From: a virus
DNA length: 64,000 bases
Reading direction: 5' to 3' (one strand)
Virus record (IMG/VR): IMGVR_UViG_3300049846_002130
Location: 119,529 to 183,528 of that record
Part shown: positions 8,891-19,211 of the stretch, in pieces
Layout: each line of letters starts with the position of its first letter
How positions within the stretch are numbered: the stretch's first letter is position 1
Made by a program: the position numbers and the translations under genes
The notes under the pieces: generated by a model
What the model saw: the letters and a program-made list of their open reading frames with translations, nothing else
The model's database searches: none
Told to the model about the DNA's origin: nothing

Positions 8891-9400
8891 CTAGTTAGAT
8901 GAACCAAGACAAGCCTCACCCCTTAGAGAATCTTTTGTAAGGGCTTGATATTCAGAGTCACTAACTAATTGTAGTGGGAGAGTAGGTGTACAGACTAACT
9001 GAAAGCAGGTCTTCTCACCAGCTGCAAAAGGATAAGGTCTATCGGAGAGATTAATACAGTTAATAAAGAGTTCACCTTTATAACCTGGATCTACTACTCC
9101 TGCACGAACCTTAAGTGGAGTCTTACGAATAGAACCTCGCTCAAGGATTAGACCCTGGCTATTAGGTGGCAAAGCTATTTTAATACCAGTTGGTATTAGG
9201 GTTCGAGTAGTTTCGAACTCCCATTGGTCACGGAAGACCTCCCTATAAGCCTCTGTTGTTAGTAATGGTGGAACAACAAGATCTTTTATACAGTAAAGAT
9301 CTAACCCAATAGATGTACCTTCATATGCAGGCTGATAGTCTTTAAGATCTATTTTTACTTTTTCTTTAAATTCTTGTGTAACTGTAAATTTAACTAACAA
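8891..9400 (-). CDS. dut: trimeric dUTPase
   Basis: GLDL, IPTG, ERGS, GVVDPGYKGE, RG...GSS motifs. Confidence 0.85.
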   Translation of the reverse strand: MLVKFTVTQEFKEKVKIDLKDYQPAYEGTSIGLDLYCIKDLVVPPLLTTEAYREVFRDQWEFETTRTLIPTGIKIALPPNSQGLILERGSIRKTPLKVRAGVVDPGYKGELFINCINLSDRPYPFAAGEKTCFQLVCTPTLPLQLVSDSEYQALTKDSLRGEACLGSSN

Positions 9401-9827
9401 TATCTACCTCTATTAAATCAGCTTGTTGTTGATAATAAGCTTTCATATGAGCCTTCCATTTTATTAAATCTTGCTCATACTTAACTAAGCGCTTATTATA
9501 CTTGAGTAATTTCTCACTATAAGCTTCTTTATCTTTAACATATTGAATCATCTGTTGATCATAGTTTGGATTAGAAACTTCTTCTGACTCTATTTTAACG
9601 CACCATCGGTTATAATAGTCTTTTGTAATTTTATAACCATGTTCTTTAGCTATATCTTTAAGGTGTTCTAAAAATTTATCATAACTTCTTCTGATTTCTA
9701 AATTAAGAGAACGATAATGAAGGGTAAATAATTCTTCGTTTCTTAGTGTAACAGTTGCTAGTGGTTCAACTGGAACACTAGGAAGTCTGGGCTTGGTAGG
9801 CTTAGGTTTGGGTTCGAACTCTTTCAT
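9390..9827 (-). CDS. hypothetical coiled-coil protein
   Basis: ORF track. Confidence 0.55.
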   Translation of the reverse strand: MKEFEPKPKPTKPRLPSVPVEPLATVTLRNEELFTLHYRSLNLEIRRSYDKFLEHLKDIAKEHGYKITKDYYNRWCVKIESEEVSNPNYDQQMIQYVKDKEAYSEKLLKYNKRLVKYEQDLIKWKAHMKAYYQQQADLIEVDIVS

Positions 9828-9859
9828 TTAATCTCCCAAAACATAAAGATACGCCGTTT

Positions 9860-11257
9860 CTAGCGTATCTTTATGTTTTTAATTGTATCTACTAGAGATG
9901 TGCTATCAGAGGCAAATCTAATAACAGCATTAATTAGCTGTGTATTAAGTCCCGACATGTTTAAGGTATTGTCATCTGAGACGGGGACACAAGGTTTAAA
10001 TTCTAGATCCCAGAATACAACTTTACCTTTAATTTTACCTTGCTCTCTTAAGTCAGCATATACTTCTTTAACAGAGGTACTAGTTTGATTTTCTACCCAG
10101 GTTTCATTGTCAGATAAAATAATTGTTAAATCTGTTTCTGGTTGAATAGCTTCCAAAGCAGCAGTTACTCGAGTGCTACCACCAACAGAGAATAAGGTTC
10201 TAATTGAAGTTGAGAATAGTTGCTCTTTAGTTATTGTCTCTTCAATCTCAGTATTAAAGGTAGTTATAGTTGTTTTATCTGTAGCCATATATCTAGCCAA
10301 CCACAAAGCTTTGTCAATGTATTGATGCCTATACATACTTGTAGAAACATCAATAAAGATTTGTATATTTAAATCTGATGATAAAGCAGGAGTGTACTTT
10401 ATTGACTCATTAAGAGCTTGCTCAAATACTGGGCTATAATTAATATTGCGCCAAGTAATTACTAAAGATTCAAGATCTTTACGAAGTGTAGTTGCATCGA
10501 CATCTAGTAATTTACTATCTGTTAGCTCTTTATTATGACTACTAAACTGATTATAGAATTTTCTAATTTGTGTCCAAGTGCTTCGTGTAATTAGATCATC
10601 CTTTTGCTTATCACTCATTTTGTTCCAATGATTGAGAAGCAAAATGCCCGGAGCATATCTTGGTAGTCTATCTGTTAACTCACCAGATAAGAACATTTTA
10701 TATTCATTTAGAAACAATGGATATTCTTTTGTTCTTTTAAATAACCATGAAAAATAATCAACGTGTGTCGAAGGCGGATTGGGATGTGTAAGAGAAATTA
10801 AGTCTTTTAATGTTGGAGTTCCATAATCTTGCGCAAATAAAACTTCTGGTTCTGTCTGTACTAAAAATTCTTTAATATAGTTTTTAGCTGCAGATCCAAG
10901 AGATCTAATACCAATTTCTCCACCTCTAACTAGTTGAACAAACTTTTTAATCATTCCAAGATTGTCTAGTATATATGGGACTGTTTCATTGAATAGCTCT
11001 GGCTCTTTTCTTACTAATAGTAAGATAAGAAGAACAATTGGTGTATCCTTCATCCCAGCTTGAGTTCTTGCATAGATAGCTGTCTGTGCAATATATTCTG
11101 AATCGCATCTATTTGCTGTATCTAATAGCTGCTGTAAATTAGCAGTAGAACGAGTCTTGGAAGTTAAAATAGCTGTTGTTGCAATTTTTGCTAATAATTC
11201 TTCTGGAGTCATTATATCCATAATTCCACCAGCAGAATTTCTTATATGTCCGTCCAT
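9860..11257 (-). CDS. Ro60/TROVE-domain RNA-binding protein with C-terminal vWA domain
   Basis: N-terminal NSAGG..TPEELLAKIATT, AIYAR..GMKDTP, LISLTHP; vWA DVSTSM...GGST...SDNETW. Confidence 0.85.
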   Translation of the reverse strand: MDGHIRNSAGGIMDIMTPEELLAKIATTAILTSKTRSTANLQQLLDTANRCDSEYIAQTAIYARTQAGMKDTPIVLLILLLVRKEPELFNETVPYILDNLGMIKKFVQLVRGGEIGIRSLGSAAKNYIKEFLVQTEPEVLFAQDYGTPTLKDLISLTHPNPPSTHVDYFSWLFKRTKEYPLFLNEYKMFLSGELTDRLPRYAPGILLLNHWNKMSDKQKDDLITRSTWTQIRKFYNQFSSHNKELTDSKLLDVDATTLRKDLESLVITWRNINYSPVFEQALNESIKYTPALSSDLNIQIFIDVSTSMYRHQYIDKALWLARYMATDKTTITTFNTEIEETITKEQLFSTSIRTLFSVGGSTRVTAALEAIQPETDLTIILSDNETWVENQTSTSVKEVYADLREQGKIKGKVVFWDLEFKPCVPVSDDNTLNMSGLNTQLINAVIRFASDSTSLVDTIKNIKIR

Positions 11258-11406
11258 TTGTCCTCCGCTTGCATTTGATTAATCAATTAAGTAATATCTT
11301 TTTGCTGACTAAATCAACCATGGGGTTGCATTATTAAAGAATGTGGGGTCAGGTCGAAATCATAACAAAGGCGTCATAAGACGCCTAAATTCGATTGGGA
11401 GTTTAA

Positions 11407-12813
11407 ATGACTGGATGGATAAAAAGAGAGTTCGCTGCCGATGATTTTGGTCCCGGTATAAGAACTAAAGTTACCGCAAGTGCTCAAGTAGAGCCTAATC
11501 GGGTTGTATTGGTATCTTCTACTAATACTGCAGCCCATGCCTCTGTTTACGCACATGAATTTGGTGAGTGTACTGGCGTTTGTGTAGCTAAAAGTACAGT
11601 TAATCCTTCTGAGGCTTTCTATGTAGCTACATCTGGCGATGTAGATATAGATGCTATTGATGAGATATCTGCTGGCTCTCCTGTAAAAGTTTACAGTGCT
11701 GGTAAGGTCGGGCCCGCTCTTAGAAAGAGTGATGTTCTGGCTACAAGAGGTTCCTCTTTTGGAGCCGGGTTTACAAATCAGCCAGCTAACGATGGTATTG
11801 AAGTAGTTAGCTCTAGTGCTCTTGATGTTCAATATCTAGATCTTTATGGAACTACTCATGGCACTACTACTCTAGTACGCGAGAGAATACATCTTACTGG
11901 TACTTCTGTTGTAAGCACAGTTAAAACTAACTGGGGCAGACTACTTGGTGCTTTAATACCTCGTGGGCTAGGAAGAAATGCTGTGGGCACTATTACTATT
12001 CGAGAAGCATCTGGTAATGCCACTATTACTACAATTGTCCCAACTGCTCGTAGCAGTGGCATAGTCTTAGTTAGCTCTGCTAACAGACCAATGTTTGGTT
12101 TGCCAGGTGTCGTTGTGGGTTCAGAACCCAGCACAAGAATAGTTGGTCTTATTGGTACAGCTCTTGATAACTCTACTGCTGTTCTAGAAGCAGTAGCTTT
12201 AGCTGGAACAGATCTTGTTTCTTTAACGGAGTCACTGGCTAGTATCACAGCTTTATTAATTGGTGATATTGATGATACTACTGTTGTAGATATCAAGCTT
12301 CATCCACATTATGATATCTCTACTATAGTAGGAGTAGCTTTAGCTGATGCTGAACCAGCAACTAAAGTTCCTGTTAATTTAATCCATAGAGAGCGTAATC
12401 GTGAACTTGAAGGTGCTGAAGCAGCACGGACTTACTCTGTAACTGTTACTGGTGGAGTTATAGCTGACAGCTATACAACTCCAGTATCAATACTACCACC
12501 ACCTCCTAGTGGTAAGTCTTACCTTGTTGAAAGAGTAAAGGCTTCTTGGGAATATGGTTCAGCTCCTATGGTTTCTGGTAGCTTTACAGATATTGGGTTT
12601 GCTTTTACTAGCTCTGGAACACTAGTAAGTTCTTTAGTTCCATTAGCAGTACTTGAGGGTACAAGTGATTACACTAAAGTACATACTCTCGGTACTAGTG
12701 TTTTAGTGAACGAAGGTCTAGAGCTTGTTGCTGCTGGTGATGATGCTACCGATGGTGGAACAGATAATAGTTTAACACTTACAATTGTCTATAGAATTGT
12801 TTCTATAATGTAA
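11407..12813 (+). CDS. probable virion protein with N-terminal DUF2190-like (capsid decoration) region
   Basis: GV.VA...V.TSG.V......ISAGSPV pattern; beta-rich G/S/T/V composition. Confidence 0.55.
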   Translation: MTGWIKREFAADDFGPGIRTKVTASAQVEPNRVVLVSSTNTAAHASVYAHEFGECTGVCVAKSTVNPSEAFYVATSGDVDIDAIDEISAGSPVKVYSAGKVGPALRKSDVLATRGSSFGAGFTNQPANDGIEVVSSSALDVQYLDLYGTTHGTTTLVRERIHLTGTSVVSTVKTNWGRLLGALIPRGLGRNAVGTITIREASGNATITTIVPTARSSGIVLVSSANRPMFGLPGVVVGSEPSTRIVGLIGTALDNSTAVLEAVALAGTDLVSLTESLASITALLIGDIDDTTVVDIKLHPHYDISTIVGVALADAEPATKVPVNLIHRERNRELEGAEAARTYSVTVTGGVIADSYTTPVSILPPPPSGKSYLVERVKASWEYGSAPMVSGSFTDIGFAFTSSGTLVSSLVPLAVLEGTSDYTKVHTLGTSVLVNEGLELVAAGDDATDGGTDNSLTLTIVYRIVSIM

Positions 12814-12835
12814 GACTAAACTTAGTAATAGATAT

Positions 12836-12863
12836 AAAAAGAGGGCCTTATGGCCCTCTTTTT
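12836..12863. terminator. bidirectional intrinsic terminator
   Basis: AAAAAGAGGGCC-TTAT-GGCCCTCTTTTT between convergent genes. Confidence 0.8.
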
Positions 12864-13918
12864 ATATACTTAAATTGAGCTGTTCCAGTAGTTTGATAAC
12901 TTAAAAATTCAGAATAGATACTATTAGTCACAACATCATAAATCCAATCGTTAACTATTATCGTCACATTATCTATTAGATAGTAAACCTCAATAGTATC
13001 TGCTACTGGGAAATAAGATAAGTAATAATTATCGTCTTCCAGATAGGTAAAGTTCTCAGCAATATCATCTAAGGTTGGGGTCCAGTCTGGAGAGTTGATA
13101 TCTATTATTTTACTACTTTGTCCATAGGCTTCAGATAGCTCAATATAGGCTTCTCCTATAAGATTCTCTGGATCTCCATATGGTGCACTAGTTGTAACAA
13201 TAGAATGAATATCTAAGCTCATTCTGGAGTCTCGCTCGTCGTCCATTAGGTTTCTAACAATGTTAGGTGGAACAGATGTATGATCATCTTCATCTGAAAT
13301 TATGATTAATTCTAATGGAACTAGTGGTCTATAATATTGTTGTGTGGCTGACAGTTCCATAGTTAAGGCAATACCCTGTTCGTTTCCTGAGCCTGTAGTC
13401 CCTACTAATAGTAGGTCCCTTAGTAGGATATCTGCTTCTTCAACCAGTGGTGTTAATATTGTATAACCCTGACTCATTTCTAGTTGATATTTAGGAGTAA
13501 AACTAAACACACCAACTCTAAAATCTATATCACTTCCTATTAAGGGATCTATTATAGACACACTATTAACAGAAATTAATTTTTGATTATCATTCATAGA
13601 ACAAGAGTCGTCTACTAAAAAGAATAAATCCATTTTTTTAGTTTTATTGACGACTATGTTCTCGACTATATATTCTGTAAAGTCTATCGTCTGAACACTA
13701 GTTGGCAGTACAGGCTCTGATACTCTAGAAATATTATTTTCAATACAGCCTACAGGCGAACTAGTTACTAAAAGAAACAGTAAGAATATTATGAAGTTCT
13801 TCTTCAGTAAACTCTGAAGGAGATAATTCGTTAATGTCTTCGACTCTGAAAGCTGCTGCATTTTTATGGCCTCCACCACCATATAGTTTAGCAAGTTCAG
13901 ATACGTCGAGGCCACCAT
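12848..13918 (-). CDS. vWA-domain exported/lipoprotein
   Basis: hydrophobic segment then Cys; LVDDSCSM MIDAS; ISDEDD; true start probably internal. Confidence 0.7.
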   Translation of the reverse strand: MVASTYLNLLNYMVVEAIKMQQLSESKTLTNYLLQSLLKKNFIIFLLFLLVTSSPVGCIENNISRVSEPVLPTSVQTIDFTEYIVENIVVNKTKKMDLFFLVDDSCSMNDNQKLISVNSVSIIDPLIGSDIDFRVGVFSFTPKYQLEMSQGYTILTPLVEEADILLRDLLLVGTTGSGNEQGIALTMELSATQQYYRPLVPLELIIISDEDDHTSVPPNIVRNLMDDERDSRMSLDIHSIVTTSAPYGDPENLIGEAYIELSEAYGQSSKIIDINSPDWTPTLDDIAENFTYLEDDNYYLSYFPVADTIEVYYLIDNVTIIVNDWIYDVVTNSIYSEFLSYQTTGTAQFKYIKRGP

Positions 13919-14840
13919 CTTTTGATGAACGTAAAGATATATTCCACCCTTTCCCAGTACAGTAATAAATAGCAGCTGTCTTAAGCTTATTAGCTTCTGC
14001 TAAATTACTACCTAATTCCGACTGATAAAAATTACAGTTAATAGCAGGTATAACATAGTTGCTTATTAATAGTTTATGTACCTTGTTAGGAGATCCAAGT
14101 ATACCTATTACTTTGTTGTGGTAGCGAAGATAAGATTTACCTTCAGCTACACATTCATCATAATGATCAGTAAGCCTTGCTGATATTTTATCCCACTCAG
14201 GAAAGGTACGCCTATACATCTCTATAACTAATAAGAGTTCTTTTGCATTTGGAACTTTCCATTTCCAAATATCTCGATCTTCAATAAGATCAATAAGTAA
14301 CGGGCGACCTACACCAAGCTCATCTTTACAAAACCAGTCCCAAACAATACCTGCTCCGGATCTGTTCATATCAAAATATGTATATGGCAGATCTCCACAT
14401 TCCTTTTGTGCAGAGATATGATGATCGAGTACAAGTACTTCATCAAAATGATCGGCACATGTAATCAACATATCTCTGTGTGGACAAATATCTGCAAAGA
14501 GAATCTTTTGAGCACCAGATTCTTTTAGAAGTTTTTTGGTTGCTTCAAATTTGTGATCTTCTCTGATAAAACGAATTTTAGTATCTAGTAAACTACATTC
14601 TAAATATTCTAAATCACCATCTGCATCTAACATGCTAGCTATATTTTTAGCACCAAGCTTCTTTATATAGTGATAGTAACCCCATGCTGCTCCAAATCCA
14701 TCAGGACACGGGGCGTGGAATACAATAACGTCATAAAAAAGTAAATCAAGCTTTGCAATAGCTATAGCTAATTTTTGAGCTTTAGGTAATAAATTACTAG
14801 GTATAAAATTTTTACTTTCTATCATGTGGATCAATTCCAA
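13761..14840 (-). CDS. DHH/DHHA1 phosphoesterase
   Basis: H.PC.DG, FADI, LDHH, SLRS, GGGGH..AAAF. Confidence 0.9.
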   Translation of the reverse strand: MELIHMIESKNFIPSNLLPKAQKLAIAIAKLDLLFYDVIVFHAPCPDGFGAAWGYYHYIKKLGAKNIASMLDADGDLEYLECSLLDTKIRFIREDHKFEATKKLLKESGAQKILFADICPHRDMLITCADHFDEVLVLDHHISAQKECGDLPYTYFDMNRSGAGIVWDWFCKDELGVGRPLLIDLIEDRDIWKWKVPNAKELLLVIEMYRRTFPEWDKISARLTDHYDECVAEGKSYLRYHNKVIGILGSPNKVHKLLISNYVIPAINCNFYQSELGSNLAEANKLKTAAIYYCTGKGWNISLRSSKDGGLDVSELAKLYGGGGHKNAAAFRVEDINELSPSEFTEEELHNILTVSFSN

Positions 14841-15042
14841 AAGCTATAGCAAATATTACTAGTACCGAGCTTATTACTTCAAAACCAATAGGAAGCAAAG
14901 CTAAAACAAGTACAGTATAATGTCTAGCTGTTAATGTTTGTGGCTTAGAATAGAGCCAAGCTCCTAGAACAGCCAATCTAGATACACAAAACCAAGTTAT
15001 GTAGGCTATAGCTACATAGATTAACCATGTAAGTCCTATCAT
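14812..15042 (-). CDS. small membrane protein
   Basis: two hydrophobic helices. Confidence 0.55.
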   Translation of the reverse strand: MIGLTWLIYVAIAYITWFCVSRLAVLGAWLYSKPQTLTARHYTVLVLALLPIGFEVISSVLVIFAIAFGIDPHDRK

Positions 15043-15049
15043 TTAACTC

Positions 15050-15400
15050 TTATTCCTTTGTAATAGCAACCAGCTTTTTACCATCTCTGATGATTACATT
15101 ATCTTTAACAGGAGATAAGCTAGCTTTTACTATTTTTCGCATATACTCAGCTCGAAACTCACTAATAGCTTTTGCTATATGGTTTGGCACAGGTTCATCT
15201 GTTGTCTTATACCACCAAGTAATTCCCTCACCATAAACTCGATAAGTATCGCCGAACCTATCAGTAATGCTAGCTTCATATGAATTGCCATTAACATGAA
15301 AATCATTAACAACAATTGTTGCTTGCTTTCGTCGATTCCATAAGAACGCTGTTAATCCAGAGCCAAGAGCTAACACGCCAGTAGCTATATATTTAGTCAT
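15050..15400 (-). CDS. hypothetical protein with N-terminal TM
   Basis: ORF track. Confidence 0.55.
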   Translation of the reverse strand: MTKYIATGVLALGSGLTAFLWNRRKQATIVVNDFHVNGNSYEASITDRFGDTYRVYGEGITWWYKTTDEPVPNHIAKAISEFRAEYMRKIVKASLSPVKDNVIIRDGKKLVAITKE

Positions 15401-15697
15401 TTATACTCCTGGTATACTCCTAATAATTTTAGAGTCTTTAATTAGGCCCCATCTATAACCAACCTTGTCTGGTATAGCCCAGGTTATTTCTGCTCCTTGT
15501 CGGGCTTCTTGTGCATATACACTAGTTTTTGTTTGATCTTTATTCTGTTCTATAAACTTAATGTTACCAAACTGTATAAATCTACAGCCAGTATTAGGAG
15601 CTGTCTGAACATTATAAATTTTAGAATTAATTTTTATACCAGAATGTTTTGAATGCAGTACTTTATGAATTGTTAAAATTTGATGTTCTGTTAGCAT
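15401..15697 (-). CDS. hypothetical protein
   Basis: ORF track, abutting neighbours. Confidence 0.55.
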   Translation of the reverse strand: MLTEHQILTIHKVLHSKHSGIKINSKIYNVQTAPNTGCRFIQFGNIKFIEQNKDQTKTSVYAQEARQGAEITWAIPDKVGYRWGLIKDSKIIRSIPGV

Positions 15698-16380
15698 TAA
15701 AGTTTAATTATAATTGCTGTTTGATTATCAGTAGATAAAGAGTCAAGTTGGTCTAAGTTTTCCTTAGTAAAAGGAAGTAGACTTAGTTCTTCTGGGCCAA
15801 ACCCATCAAGTCCATCAGAATATATAGCTAGATAGTCGTAGTTATTTTGATCAAGCTTAATAGTTTTTACTTCAGTAAGGATATCATTATATCCATTAGA
15901 ACCTAAACAATTAATTAGCCGACCATCTGGAAGCTCATGGGGGTTTGTTTGATATTTAGTATCACCATATATAGATAGATATGAATCTCCAATATGAAGA
16001 TAGGTAACTTTATCGTCACTAACTAGAGCTAAAATTAGTGTAGCTCCTCTAAAATCACCATGACTATTAACTACATAATGAATTACTTTTGCTAAGTCTT
16101 TTAAGTAGCTTTCTAAAGCTTTATCATCGACATAGTTAAAGCTATCAGTAGCCATATCAACTACTTGAATTACTTCTTGAGAAGCTTTATCTCCATTTGG
16201 ATGACCGCCCATTCCGTCAGAGACAGCAATTAAGAGTTTATCGTCCAGTTCTTTAACTAAATAACTATCTTCTTGATAATCTCTCATATGTTGGCGATAG
16301 CAAATGTCTATTTGTTTGTTTTTTAACTTTAAAGATTCTATATGATCATTTTTATTAAAGCTAGTTAACTTCATAGCCAT
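15697..16380 (-). CDS. PP2C-family protein phosphatase
   Basis: QEDS, VSDGMGGH, ATL, HIGDS, YSDGL, DNQT. Confidence 0.9.
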   Translation of the reverse strand: MAMKLTSFNKNDHIESLKLKNKQIDICYRQHMRDYQEDSYLVKELDDKLLIAVSDGMGGHPNGDKASQEVIQVVDMATDSFNYVDDKALESYLKDLAKVIHYVVNSHGDFRGATLILALVSDDKVTYLHIGDSYLSIYGDTKYQTNPHELPDGRLINCLGSNGYNDILTEVKTIKLDQNNYDYLAIYSDGLDGFGPEELSLLPFTKENLDQLDSLSTDNQTAIIIKL

Positions 16381-16552
16381 ATAAGTCCTATGTCTGTTGT
16401 CTTGTCAAATAGAGACACTGATACTTGTAAGCCAGTAAGTTCCTGAGCTGCATTATAGACAACAAAAAACTGAAGTCCCACACCCCATAGGTCAAGCATT
16501 TGATGTCGATCTATCTTTATAGATGGAATAAATCCCATAAGTTCTCCAATAA

Positions 16553-16575
16553 TTAGGGGGCTAAGTGCCCCCTAA
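16553..16575 (-). terminator. intrinsic terminator hairpin
   Basis: TTAGGGGG...CCCCCTAA immediately downstream of 16577..16777. Confidence 0.6.
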
Positions 16576-16576
16576 A

Positions 16577-16777
16577 TTACTTCAATCCTTCAAAGTCTTC
16601 ATCGGTTTTAGTACTAGGTTCTGTCTTAGAGGTTCGTCTCCTCTTCATTTTTTCTGCAGCAGCAGCAAAGCCTTTTTCTAGTCCCCGTTCAAGGCCCTTG
16701 GCAGCTCCAGCCGCCACTAGATGTACAGCTGTAGCTTCTACAGCCTTAATTAAAAACTTTCCTATTGCATTACTCAT
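16577..16777 (-). CDS. hypothetical protein
   Basis: ORF with GGAG RBS. Confidence 0.55.
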   Translation of the reverse strand: MSNAIGKFLIKAVEATAVHLVAAGAAKGLERGLEKGFAAAAEKMKRRRTSKTEPSTKTDEDFEGLK

Positions 16778-16913
16778 TATTTTTCTCCTGAAGCTGTTTT
16801 AAAGATACCTGTCTTTTCACTAACCTTTCTCATAGCTAAAGCACCCGCTGTAAAACAAAATCCGGTAAGTGCTGCTCCGGTTATTTCTAAAGCAACAAGC
16901 ATAAGTAGTTTTT

Positions 16914-17279
16914 TCATGCAACTCCTCCGTTAATAACAGACGGAAGAAACTGTAAAGAATAGGTTTTCCATTTCTTTGCTTCTTCTATCTGTCCATCTTC
17001 TTCGTATAAATAAATCTGATAATTAATATACCTAATAGGATCTACAACTAAACCAGTCACTCTCATTTTTATTTTAAGTTTATCTTCTTTGGCATGCAGA
17101 ATGGTTCCTGGTTGAACTATTTGAAACTTATGAGTAAATACGGGAAGCTTTTTCTTTGGAGCTATAAGTCCTTCTACTATTACTTCCCAACTATTAGTTA
17201 GTATAGGTTTAACTAACCTAACACAGTAGGTAATTTGTTCATACTCATATGTAAGCATCATACTGGGTATATATTTCAT
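16914..17279 (-). CDS. hypothetical protein
   Basis: ORF track. Confidence 0.5.
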   Translation of the reverse strand: MKYIPSMMLTYEYEQITYCVRLVKPILTNSWEVIVEGLIAPKKKLPVFTHKFQIVQPGTILHAKEDKLKIKMRVTGLVVDPIRYINYQIYLYEEDGQIEEAKKWKTYSLQFLPSVINGGVA

Positions 17280-17280
17280 A

Positions 17281-17523
17281 TTAACTTAATTCTACTTTAC
17301 TAACAACTATAGTCTGCTTGTTGGTTCCACCGACGGTGGCGACTCCCCCAATCTTTTGTCCATAAACTCGCACCTGTGCTTCTTTGTTAGTCAAAACTAC
17401 TTGATCTAATATAGTTTTTACTGTTGGGTCAGCAGCAAGGTTATAGGTAAGAGTGGGGGTCACAAGCTCATACTTACCAGGACCAATATCCTGGTAAGTG
17501 AGTGTACCTAATATGCTAATCAT
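17281..17523 (-). CDS. hypothetical OB-fold-like small protein
   Basis: GTLTYQDIGPGKYEL...V.V.G pattern; coupled to the protease gene. Confidence 0.5.
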   Translation of the reverse strand: MISILGTLTYQDIGPGKYELVTPTLTYNLAADPTVKTILDQVVLTNKEAQVRVYGQKIGGVATVGGTNKQTIVVSKVELS

Positions 17524-19211
17524 TATACTTCTCCATTCTTGTTTTGGAACTCAGCCACTACTACCATAAGTAGCGCTGTACAAATGGCGCTTATAGCAAT
17601 CCAGGCTCTAGAACCAATACTGTCTAGAAACCAGACAGGATTGAACTGAAGTAAGGCATCAGCTGCCAAATAAGTTGTCATACCTGCAAGTAGACCTAAT
17701 ACAGCGGTTCTAGTTCTACGAAATGGAGTCAATGTAAAGACAGCTGGAAGAGCAATAAGCGGACTTAACCAAAGTGGAAAACCACTAGCACCAGGACCGA
17801 ACATTAGGTCTGGTAAGTCAAATATATGGAACGTGCCTGGAACAGCACCTGTCCACTTAAGTGGTAGAAGATTAAGTGGTGCAAGAGCACCTGCCCAAAG
17901 GCCAGTCCACAAACTAGTTTGAACAGAAAACTTATTAGAAAACGAGTATGTCTTTGAGACCAATCCTACCAGTAGAACACTAAGTAAAGCAATAAGTGTT
18001 GTTTGCTTAATTGGAGGAGAACTTACTGGAAGGTCTGCAATAGCGGACTTACCACCTCGATGCTTAAGTACAGCGTCCTTAAGGTTGATAATACCAGCAC
18101 CTACCTCAACTGACTTTGGACCATGAGCTGTACTTGTAAGTAATGGAGTGACCTCTTTTGGAGCAATACCTTCACTTAGTAAAACTGCTACAGCACCTGC
18201 AACATGTGGGGTAGCCATAGAGGTACCCTGCCACTCTAGGAACTGTTCAGTTCTATTACCAGGATTTGTTAGCTGCCAGACACCTCCACCTGGAAAATTC
18301 TTATTTCCACCAGGCGCAGCCAAGACTAGGTCCGCACCATAGCTCGAGTAATACGAACGCTTATGGTCAGGGCCAGTCGCACCGACGCTAATAACGTCGG
18401 GGTATAGGGCTGGGTAGCCCATACAGCCTTCGCAGCCATCATTACCAGCGGCAGCAACAACTACAACATTATGGTCTACAGCATACTTTACTGCATCACG
18501 TATAACCTTGCTGGGTGTCGGGCCACCAAGACTCATGCTGATAACACCAGCACCCTGATCTGTTGCCCAACGAATACCACCAGCAATCCAGTCATTATAT
18601 CCAAATCCAGCATCAGAAAGTACCTTTACTGGCAATACTTTGACATGACGAGCAACGCCAACACCACTAATACCATTATCTACAACCTCACCAATAGTGG
18701 AGGCACAATGAGTACCATGACCATGCATATCGGTTAGCTTTTCGCCAGTAAAAGACTTGCCCTTTAGAATACGCTCTGGATCCATATCACTAGTCTTAGT
18801 GAATCCAGTATCTAGTACAGCAACAATGATACCTTCTCCACCTTTGGTATTGGTCCAAGCCCAAGGAGCATCAATCTCACCCATATGCCATTGCTTATTA
18901 AACTCTGGATCATTTGGCTTTAAGTCTGGCTCATCGGTAGCTACCAACATTCCAGTAATTACATACTGAATTCTTGGCTCAACAGATGTAACATTGGCCT
19001 GGCTTTCAAAGAAAGCTAAGCCTTCTGAAAGATTGCTAACTTCAACAATAGCAATAGACTCATCTACAAGAGACTCGTCTGCCCAATCTGCAGAAATAAT
19101 GTTTGAGCCAACAAGATTGTGTAGTTCAGTTGTTGAAGTATTGTCTACAAAGTCGACAACAAGAGTACTTGCATTAGCTACTGTTAACAAACTAAGTAAT
19201 ACTGGTATCAT
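17523..19211 (-). CDS. S8 subtilisin-like serine protease with signal peptide and C-terminal TM helices
   Basis: triad motifs VAVLDTG, HGHGTHCA, GTSMATPHVA; AAAGN; hydrophobic C-terminus. Confidence 0.9.
   Translation of the reverse strand: MIPVLLSLLTVANASTLVVDFVDNTSTTELHNLVGSNIISADWADESLVDESIAIVEVSNLSEGLAFFESQANVTSVEPRIQYVITGMLVATDEPDLKPNDPEFNKQWHMGEIDAPWAWTNTKGGEGIIVAVLDTGFTKTSDMDPERILKGKSFTGEKLTDMHGHGTHCASTIGEVVDNGISGVGVARHVKVLPVKVLSDAGFGYNDWIAGGIRWATDQGAGVISMSLGGPTPSKVIRDAVKYAVDHNVVVVAAAGNDGCEGCMGYPALYPDVISVGATGPDHKRSYYSSYGADLVLAAPGGNKNFPGGGVWQLTNPGNRTEQFLEWQGTSMATPHVAGAVAVLLSEGIAPKEVTPLLTSTAHGPKSVEVGAGIINLKDAVLKHRGGKSAIADLPVSSPPIKQTTLIALLSVLLVGLVSKTYSFSNKFSVQTSLWTGLWAGALAPLNLLPLKWTGAVPGTFHIFDLPDLMFGPGASGFPLWLSPLIALPAVFTLTPFRRTRTAVLGLLAGMTTYLAADALLQFNPVWFLDSIGSRAWIAISAICTALLMVVVAEFQNKNGEV

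Noticed and set aside
11374-12296. Minus-strand ORFs 11374..11832 and 11856..12296
   Set aside because: They are shadows of the 468-aa plus-strand gene and have no recognisable motifs
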